Positions 26,352-32,000 of a DNA stretch of 32,000 nt are shown here, in pieces; position 1 is the first letter of the stretch; each line of letters opens with the position of its first letter. The notes beneath the pieces were generated by a model. The model was not told the origin of the DNA and searched no databases. It saw only the letters and a list, made by a program, of their open reading frames with translations. The position numbers and the translations under genes were made by a program. The DNA is taken from assembly GCF_000020385.1 (NCBI RefSeq), contig NC_010815.1, positions 1 to 32,000 on the forward strand, read 5' to 3'. Origin of the DNA: Trichlorobacter lovleyi SZ (GTDB taxonomy: Bacteria; Desulfobacterota; Desulfuromonadia; Geobacterales; Pseudopelobacteraceae).

Positions 26352-26676
26352 AGATCACCTTCCCGTCCTTTAACTGATAGGCGGTGCCCAGCCGTTCACC
26401 CTCCCCGGAGAGCCGCTTGTCCGTCACCTTGCGAACCTTGATCTCTTTGCCTTTTTTGCTGATTACCTCGATCTTGCCATCAGCCGTCTTCTTGGTGATG
26501 GTTACCTCGGACTTCGGGTCCATCAGGTCCAGCATGTTGTAGGCCATGAACAGGGCGATCATCATACTGACGATGAAGACCACGCTGACATCAAACAGGT
26601 TGGCCACCCCGGAAATAGGATCTTCAAGGGGCTCATCATATTTATCAAAACGGTTGCGGCGTTTAAGATAGCGCAT
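26338..26676 (-). CDS. ExbD/TolR-like small membrane protein (DUF2149-type)
   Basis: 112 aa with a basic N-terminus and a single TM helix carrying an Asp (VANLFDVSVVFIVSMMIAL, compare Exb[12 protein letters not shown]). A small Lys-rich soluble domain follows. Overlaps both neighbours. Confidence 0.65.
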   Translation of the reverse strand: MRYLKRRNRFDKYDEPLEDPISGVANLFDVSVVFIVSMMIALFMAYNMLDLMDPKSEVTITKKTADGKIEVISKKGKEIKVRKVTDKRLSGEGERLGTAYQLKDGKVIYVPE

Positions 26677-27259
26677 CGCTACGCTCCTCCTGAGCCGGTT
26701 CGCTGGGGCCGCCCAACCGTTGCCGCAGTGTCTTCTCGGTAAAAAACTCCATCTCCCGCAGGTCGGCCCGCACCCATTTTTCCTTGACCAGCGACATCAG
26801 GTAGGCCAGCACGCTGCAGGCGAGACCAACAACAACCGTGGTAAAGGCGGTGACCATGCTGCCTGCCATCTTGGGCATGTCCCCCTGTGCCAGTGAGGAA
26901 AGGGATATCCCCATCGGGATCAGGGTTCCCATCAGGCCCAGCGCCGGCCCGACCCGGATGACAAAACGGATTTTGTCCAATGATTTGATCTGGGCCAGTT
27001 CGGCGGTCTGCAGCAGACGCTCTGCCTGCAGATCAAGGTCCGGTGTTGCTCCGCCCTCTTCCAGCGTTGCAGTCAACTGTTTCTGAAAGCGCTCAAGGGG
27101 GTTTGAGGTGTTACGCCGGCGTTCAATCCACTCCCGTAAAAAGCCACCGGCAAAGATGGCAACCCAAGCCACCAACAGCACCAGTCCGGCCACCACGGGG
27201 AACAGCAAAACCGATGAAATCAGATATAAAAAGGTCTCAAGACCGGCCAGAATATTCAT
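26663..27259 (-). CDS. MotA/TolQ/ExbB-family proton-channel protein (second copy, divergent)
   Basis: 198 aa. One N-terminal TM helix, a cytoplasmic loop, then GPALGLMGTLIPMG ... MVTAFTTVVVGLACSVLAYL. This aligns by eye with the ExbB signature of the 144-aa protein at 21772-22206. Confidence 0.75.
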   Translation of the reverse strand: MNILAGLETFLYLISSVLLFPVVAGLVLLVAWVAIFAGGFLREWIERRRNTSNPLERFQKQLTATLEEGGATPDLDLQAERLLQTAELAQIKSLDKIRFVIRVGPALGLMGTLIPMGISLSSLAQGDMPKMAGSMVTAFTTVVVGLACSVLAYLMSLVKEKWVRADLREMEFFTEKTLRQRLGGPSEPAQEERSDALS

Positions 27260-27957
27260 TTGGTATCTCCTTTGCGCATAAAAAAGCCTGCCAGCAGCGC
27301 CGCAGCCAGCAGTATCACCAGCAGCAGGGACTGGCTGCTGTTCCCACCCGCTGCTGCCGGTTGCATCTCCTTCAGAAATGAACCGTACATCCCTTTGGCC
27401 TGCTCAACCTTGGCCGGCAGAAACAGTGAGGCGATGAAATACAAGCCGATGGTGATCATGGCCAGGCCCAGCGCCGGGATGTTGTTGCCGCTTTCTCCTG
27501 ATTTTGTAAGCAGCATCACCAGCAGGGTCATAACGGCAAAGCTGCTGCCCAACACCAACCCCACGGCCCAGGGCAGCAGCGGCAGGCTGTGCAGGGCGGT
27601 CCAGGTTGAGAAGGTCATGGCGGTCAGACAGACCGGACAGGGGATCAGCAATGCCAGGGAGGAAGCCGGAGAACAGCGCCTACCCGGCTTCCCGATCAGC
27701 CAGCCGCCCCAGACGATCATTCCCAGCGCCATAACTCCATGCAGCCAGGGGCCGCCCTTGAGCAGCGGTTCAAGCAGCTTCAGCAACTGTACGGCCAGCA
27801 GGGCAATCAACTCAAACAGCAGCAGATACAGCCCCAGAGTCAACGCGATTCCTTTGCGGCTGACCTGACCATATCCCAGTCCGGTGCCGGTCTTGACGGC
27901 AAAGATTCCCAGGCTGAAGAGGGTGCCGCCGACCCAGAGCAACAGATTCAGATCCAT
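27256..27957 (-). CDS. Polytopic (about 7 TM) membrane protein with an intramembrane CPVC motif (DUF2162-like putative transporter)
   Basis: Highly hydrophobic. The motif LLIPCPVCLTAM lies inside predicted TM4. Start placed at the ATG at 27957 with AAAGGAAG 6 nt upstream. The ORF track begins at the TTG at 27972, overlapping the receptor stop. Confidence 0.65.
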   Translation of the reverse strand: MDLNLLLWVGGTLFSLGIFAVKTGTGLGYGQVSRKGIALTLGLYLLLFELIALLAVQLLKLLEPLLKGGPWLHGVMALGMIVWGGWLIGKPGRRCSPASSLALLIPCPVCLTAMTFSTWTALHSLPLLPWAVGLVLGSSFAVMTLLVMLLTKSGESGNNIPALGLAMITIGLYFIASLFLPAKVEQAKGMYGSFLKEMQPAAAGGNSSQSLLLVILLAAALLAGFFMRKGDTK

Positions 27958-27968
27958 GACGCTTCCTT

Positions 27969-30182
27969 TCAAAACTTGAAGCCCAGTTCTGCATAACAGG
28001 AACGGCCCGGCGCCAGGGAGGAAGAGTAGTAATGCTCGTCAAACAGGTTGGTGACAGCCAACGAGGCGGTGGCCCAGGCGGTAATTTTGTAACGCAACTT
28101 CAGGTCCACGGTGAAATAGGGGTCATTGCTGCCCTGTACGCCGTTGACGGTGTCGGTGTTGGTGTCGCTGGAATAGCGTTTACCCACATAGCGACCGGTT
28201 GCTGTGGCCCCAAAACTGCCGTAATCCAGATCAGCCCCCAGATTGAACATATGTTCCGGCACATCAGTTACCCGTTTGCCTACGGTTGCGGGAACTGCAC
28301 TGTTTTCCTTGATGGTTGCGTCGGTGTAGGTGTAATTGGCAAACAACCGCAACAGGGAGTCAAACTTCTGTTCTGCCTCAAGCTCTACCCCTCTGCTTTC
28401 GGCCTTACCTGCGTTGGCCTTGTCTTTCCAGGTGGGGGTGGTTGAAGTGCTGTAGATCAGGTCACTGATGTAGTTCTCAAAATAGGTGGCGGTAAATTTG
28501 GAACCTTTCCAGAGCCGCTGGCTGACACCTGCATCCCAGGAAATGACGGTTTCCGGTTTCAGGTTGGGGTTTCCGGCGTAGGTGGTGCCGCTGGAGGTGG
28601 TCCAGGTGCGGTAGAGGTCATACACTGTGGGCGCCCGAAATGCCTTGCCGCCGGATAATTTGAACGTGGTTGTGTCAAACGGTCTGTATACCAGCGCGCC
28701 TTTGGGGCTGAAGGCATCGGCGCTACGGGAACCGTAGGTTTGAGGATAGCCAACACTGCCGACCTGATTGGCATAACCGTCAAAGGTATCCCACCAGTCC
28801 TGCCGGAATCCGGCAAACAGGGTCAGTTTGTCCAGCAGAGCTATTTCACCTTCGGCAAACAGGGCAAAGGTGCGGTCGGTACCCTTTGATTCGTAGGTCA
28901 GGGCTCCTTTGGAGTTTTCATCCTGCCAGTTTGAGAGATTGTGCTCTCTGGAATGGGACCAGCCGGTGCGGTAGGCGCCACCCACGGTCAACAGATGCTT
29001 ATCCAGAATCGGTATTGAAGCCTGAATATCGGCATTAAAGGCGGCTGCCGGGGTATCGGACAGCTTGCCCGGCCCGCCGTTACGGGTACCGCCGTTGGGC
29101 GGCGCAGCCGAGGTGGGCGTGGTTCCCCAACTGGTCATCTGATCAAGATACCCCAGATTCAGCTTGTACTTGACCGTTGCCAGCTCTGTTTCAGCGCTAA
29201 ATCCATACAGGTGCTGATCACTGCCGCCATTTCCCCCGAGAAAGGATGCCTCCCGTACTGTGCCGTAGCTCCAGACTTCAGCGCCGCTACTGTTGCGCAG
29301 GTAGGTGGCCGGATTGTCGTAGGAATATTCGCCGGTTGACTTCATAAAAGTCAGCTTGAGCTTCGTATTGGAAGGAAGTTCGAGCTCTGCCTTGGCGGTC
29401 AGGTTGTCCTGCCAGGCACCGTTTTTGCCTTTGTCTCCCAGCCGATAGCGGGTTGCGCCGGTATAATCAGTGGTCGGCTCCCAGCCAGTGATACCAGCAG
29501 TCGGTTTGCTGCTTTGTACGTTGGTGTCACTGCGGTAGCCGTCGGTGGCCAGATAGTCGTTATGCAGGTAGAGTTTGATTTTCCCCAGATACTTGTCACC
29601 GTAGGAGGCGGCAACCCGTCTGGTATTTTGCATGCCGTTGGGACTGTCCAAAGCAAAACCGTAACCGCCAGTCAGGGTTAGTTCCCGCTTTTCAGGCATT
29701 CGGGTGATCATGTTGACCACCCCCCCCATGGCATATCCGCCGTAAAGACTGGAGGCCGGACCTTTAACCACTTCAATCCGTTCAAGGCTGCTGGGTGAAA
29801 TACCTACGGACACCACCGATCCGGCGTAAGGGCTGTTGATGGTAATGCCGTCCAGCATCACCAGCGTGCGGGACTGCCCCGGAATACCGCGCAGGGTAAT
29901 GGCAGACATCCGGTCCATCATCCCTTTGCCCCGAGTAGAGAGTACGCCAGGAGTGGTATTAATCGCCTCGTCTACTGTCGTGATATTCCGTTTTTCCATT
30001 TCCTCCTTTGTTACAACGGAGACACTGCCCGGTGCCGTTGCCAGATCCTGTTCAGTTCTGGTTGCCGTCACCACAACCTGTTCAAGCCTGGCTTCGCCAG
30101 GAACAGTCTCCGCCTGTGCGGTGCTGCACGCTGCCAGCGCCAGCCCCACCACCACGGCACACTTCTGCCTGTTTCTCTTCAT
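27969..30182 (-). CDS. TonB-dependent outer-membrane receptor (737 aa)
   Basis: Signal peptide (..ACSTAQAE), TonB box EQVVVTATR, plug (ITLRGIPGQSRTLVMLDGITIN), beta-barrel and terminal ..ELGFKF. It is the first gene after the tandem riboswitch leader. Confidence 0.88.
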   Translation of the reverse strand: MKRNRQKCAVVVGLALAACSTAQAETVPGEARLEQVVVTATRTEQDLATAPGSVSVVTKEEMEKRNITTVDEAINTTPGVLSTRGKGMMDRMSAITLRGIPGQSRTLVMLDGITINSPYAGSVVSVGISPSSLERIEVVKGPASSLYGGYAMGGVVNMITRMPEKRELTLTGGYGFALDSPNGMQNTRRVAASYGDKYLGKIKLYLHNDYLATDGYRSDTNVQSSKPTAGITGWEPTTDYTGATRYRLGDKGKNGAWQDNLTAKAELELPSNTKLKLTFMKSTGEYSYDNPATYLRNSSGAEVWSYGTVREASFLGGNGGSDQHLYGFSAETELATVKYKLNLGYLDQMTSWGTTPTSAAPPNGGTRNGGPGKLSDTPAAAFNADIQASIPILDKHLLTVGGAYRTGWSHSREHNLSNWQDENSKGALTYESKGTDRTFALFAEGEIALLDKLTLFAGFRQDWWDTFDGYANQVGSVGYPQTYGSRSADAFSPKGALVYRPFDTTTFKLSGGKAFRAPTVYDLYRTWTTSSGTTYAGNPNLKPETVISWDAGVSQRLWKGSKFTATYFENYISDLIYSTSTTPTWKDKANAGKAESRGVELEAEQKFDSLLRLFANYTYTDATIKENSAVPATVGKRVTDVPEHMFNLGADLDYGSFGATATGRYVGKRYSSDTNTDTVNGVQGSNDPYFTVDLKLRYKITAWATASLAVTNLFDEHYYSSSLAPGRSCYAELGFKF

Positions 30183-30360
30183 TACTTTCCCCCTCGGGTT
30201 GATATGCAGATGGAGCCGTCTTCCGGCTTAAGGCTACCTACTTACCCACCTTCCCAGGAATGCTCCCAGTGGTTGTTTCACCTCGTGGTGACGGGCTTTC
30301 GTTCCTATTACGGCTGCGGGGCAGCGGGGGTATTTAACCCCTCTTCCTCAACTCCATCTG
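30183..30360 (-). promoter_or_regulatory. Second, divergent cobalamin-riboswitch-like aptamer (30207-30360) plus SD region, in tandem with copy 3
   Basis: The minus-strand RNA is closed by a perfect 9-bp helix, CAGAUGGAG (30360-30352) with CUCCAUCUG (30215-30207). Inside it reads GAGGAAGAGGGGUUAAAUACCCCCGCUGCCCCGCAGCCGUAA .. CCACUGGGAGCAUUCCUGGGAAGG .. AAGCCGGAAGACGGCUCC. This is colinear with the AGGGAA-GGUGA-CCCGC-CUGUAA, CACUG-GGGAAG and B12-box blocks of the upstream aptamer. GAGGGGGAAAG (SD) and the AUG follow within 25 nt. Confidence 0.6.
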
Positions 30361-30375
30361 TTTGAAAACAAGCAC

Positions 30376-30413
30376 AAAAAAAGTCCGCCAATGCCAGAGC
30401 ATCAAGCGGACTT
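30376..30413 (-). terminator. Rho-independent terminator, expression platform of riboswitch copy 3
   Basis: Minus-strand AAGUCCGCUUGAUGCUCUGGCAUUGGCGGACUU hairpin followed by U7 (plus-strand A7 at 30376-30382). Confidence 0.75.
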
Positions 30414-30488
30414 TCCGTATTCAAAGTCGAACCGTTCAACCGGTTACTCTCCCTTTACCGTCGGGAACTGCGAGTAACAACAATCAGC

Positions 30489-30650
30489 GGCAGGTCTTCT
30501 GACTTGCGAGTCATCCTCCGGGCGTCTTCCCAATCTAAATGATCAGTGACGTTGTTGCCCTTCGTCATCGCTTACAGCGGCGGGTCCGCGGGGGAATAGC
30601 TCGTCAGAGCGTCACCCCTCTTCCCTTTTCACCCTTGCGGGCACCGTGAT
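30489..30650 (-). promoter_or_regulatory. Cobalamin riboswitch aptamer, copy 3
   Basis: Minus strand reads GGUGCCCGCAAGGGUGAAAAGGGAAGAGGGGUGACG..UUCCCCCGCGGACCCGCCGCUGUAAGCG..GUCACUGAUCAUUUAGAUUGGGAAGACG..AAGUCAGAAGACCUGCC. A TTGACA hexamer at 30739-30744 is a possible -35. Confidence 0.9.
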
Positions 30651-30752
30651 TCGTGCATATTCAGTTGTGTTTGTACTGCAGGTTGCCGGCTACCATCTTC
30701 ATAACCGGCTGATATCAAATGCCAAGTAATTTCGATGATGTCAATGACTATT

Positions 30753-31787
30753 TCATAGTTCGTCCCTGTGCAGGGCAACCTGGCTGCGGCTGGCCAGCAC
30801 GGCCCATGAATGGGAAGGGAGCTTGATCAACCTGGTATGCGTAAGGCCAACCTCCTGCAGCAAGGCGCTGGTGTCAATGCTGCTGTAACAGCGCCCGTTC
30901 CAGGTGTTGACCAGCATGTGCAGGTCGTACAGGGCACCGTACAGGTTGGCATCGCGAAAAAAGTCATGTACCACCAGCAGGCCGTCGGGGGTAAGCATCC
31001 CGGCTGCCTGTTCCAGCAGGGCCCCGTTCTCCTGCGGTCCATAGCAGTGCAACAGGTTTGACAGCAGTACCAGCCCCGCTGTGCCGTGGTGCGCTGCAGT
31101 ACAGGCGCTAAACTCCTGTTGATCCAGGATGTTGCAGGGCAAGACCGTCAGCTTGCCCGGCAGATCCTGGCACATTATCCGTACGCAGACATCCGGCAGG
31201 TCGCAGGCAATCCCCTGCCAGTCCGGATAGCGCTGGAGAAAAGCGCGGAGATAAGCCCCCTCACCAGCGCCGATGTCCATAATGATCCCCTGGGGCGGCA
31301 GCAGCGGCGCAAGGGCGTGCCACAACTCTGCGGAGCGGACACTGGCGGCCTCGGCCATGCTGGCCTGAAAAAGCTCCAGCCGCTTGTGGTAGGCATCCTG
31401 CGGTTGGGGCTGGGTCAGGGCCCCCTGTCCCTGTTGCAGGATAGTGCCGACTTGACGCCAGTTCTCGATCAGCAGCGGTTCAAACAACAGGGTGTTACGC
31501 TGATTTTCAGTGCTTGCGCGGCTGAGAAAGCGTTGGCTGAAGGGGCTCAGCCCCAGCCGGTCATCACGTTGTTGCAGCAGCCCAAGGGTGCAGAGCAGGT
31601 CCACAAACCGTCCGGTCTCGTCAGGCTGCAGGTTGAGGCAGTCAGCCAGTGCCGCAGGGGTGTCAGAGCCCGCCTCCACCGCATCAACGATCCCGCTGCG
31701 GACTGCCTCGGCCAGCAGGTAAAACTGGCGGTAGCCCGCGAGCATGGCGCTGAACCCGGCAAAGGAGTCATCCACAATCGGGATCAT
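30753..31787 (-). CDS. SAM-dependent O-methyltransferase (family-2 type with N-terminal dimerisation/winged-helix domain); BzaC-like candidate
   Basis: Start placed at the ATG at 31787 (MIPIVDDSFAG...), 7 nt after the upstream stop. The 45 extra ORF-track codons overlap the ThiC-like gene. SAM motif I DIGAGEGAY, plus LLSNLLHCY and the N-terminal LLAEAVRSGIVDAV...LGLL helix-turn-helix-like domain. Confidence 0.75.
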   Translation of the reverse strand: MIPIVDDSFAGFSAMLAGYRQFYLLAEAVRSGIVDAVEAGSDTPAALADCLNLQPDETGRFVDLLCTLGLLQQRDDRLGLSPFSQRFLSRASTENQRNTLLFEPLLIENWRQVGTILQQGQGALTQPQPQDAYHKRLELFQASMAEAASVRSAELWHALAPLLPPQGIIMDIGAGEGAYLRAFLQRYPDWQGIACDLPDVCVRIMCQDLPGKLTVLPCNILDQQEFSACTAAHHGTAGLVLLSNLLHCYGPQENGALLEQAAGMLTPDGLLVVHDFFRDANLYGALYDLHMLVNTWNGRCYSSIDTSALLQEVGLTHTRLIKLPSHSWAVLASRSQVALHRDEL

Positions 31788-31794
31788 GGCCTTG

Positions 31795-32000
31795 TCAGCA
31801 CTTGTCCCCGCACAGATGCTCCGCAAACAGCTTGCCTGCGCCGCGGGAGGCGCAGAAGTTGCCGCACATGGTGCAGGTGGCCTCATCCTCAGGGATACGG
31901 CTGGCGCGGATCGCCTTGGCATCCTCCGGGAAAAGGGCCAGTTCGAACTGCTTCTGCCAGTCCAGGTCCCGCCGGGCCTTGGCCATGGCCTTGTCCCGCT
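31795..32000 (-). CDS. ThiC-family radical-SAM-like protein, C-terminal end only (ThiC or its paralogue BzaF/BzaA); partial at window edge
   Basis: RDKAMAKARRDLDWQKQFELALFPEDAKAIR...ATCTMCGNFCA matches the ThiC C-terminus pattern (RD.A.SKAR..F.W..QF.LSLDPE.A ... CSMCG.FC). The frame is open to the window edge. Confidence 0.7.
   Translation of the reverse strand, partial: RDKAMAKARRDLDWQKQFELALFPEDAKAIRASRIPEDEATCTMCGNFCASRGAGKLFAEHLCGDKC

Noticed and set aside
30707-30726. TGGCAT-N5-ATCAG resembling a sigma-54 -24/-12 element upstream of riboswitch copy 3
   Set aside because: The -12 TTGC element is absent. A TTGACA hexamer nearby is a simpler, though still weak, sigma-70 candidate. The -10 regions of all three putative promoters match the consensus poorly, so none is listed as a feature.
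1-32000. CRISPR arrays, tRNA or rRNA genes
   Set aside because: No regularly spaced direct repeats of 25-40 nt were seen. No tRNA T-loop (GGTTCGAATCC-type) or rRNA-like segments were seen on either strand.

Overview
GC-rich window (two AT-rich patches at about 1-660 and 13,900-15,900), with nearly all genes on the minus strand. It is a vitamin B12 supercluster of a Gram-negative, anaerobe-type genome; it looks Geobacter/Desulfuromonas-like to me, but that is unverified. Contents in minus-strand order follow. (1) 31795-32000: the 3' end of a ThiC-family gene, followed by an O-methyltransferase (30753-31787). Together they look like a bzaF/bzaC-type benzimidazole lower-ligand pair. (2) A leader carrying two cobalamin riboswitch aptamers in tandem (30183-30650). 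It precedes a tightly overlapping 9-gene operon (30182 down to 18773): TonB-dependent receptor, 7-TM protein with an intramembrane CPVC motif, MotA/ExbB-like protein, ExbD-like DUF2149-type protein, a 1366-aa CobN-family chelatase with TM segments at both ends, ExbB, ExbD, TonB, and a second BtuB-sized receptor. I consider this the candidate novel system. It would be a B12-repressed, envelope-spanning tetrapyrrole/cobalt salvage machine with a periplasm-facing CobN-like enzyme, no AAA+ partner, and its own extra proton-channel pair. (3) An IS5-family element and an IS3-family element lie back to back (15924-18677). Next to them is an AT-rich island with an orphan HlyD-type adaptor, a small membrane protein and two gene remnants. 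(4) A third cobalamin riboswitch with terminator (13463-13740) drives a 15-gene anaerobic cobalamin operon: cbiMNQO, cysG/cobA, then cbiA-C-K-L-D-F-G-H-J-E (13394 down to 1080). (5) A further riboswitch plus terminator (733-990) has no ORF behind it, only about 700 nt of AT-rich, motif-laden sequence. The three terminator-type riboswitch cassettes are close paralogues. No rRNA, tRNA or CRISPR array was seen. All family assignments come from reading the translated ORFs and RNA motifs by eye; no database search was run.
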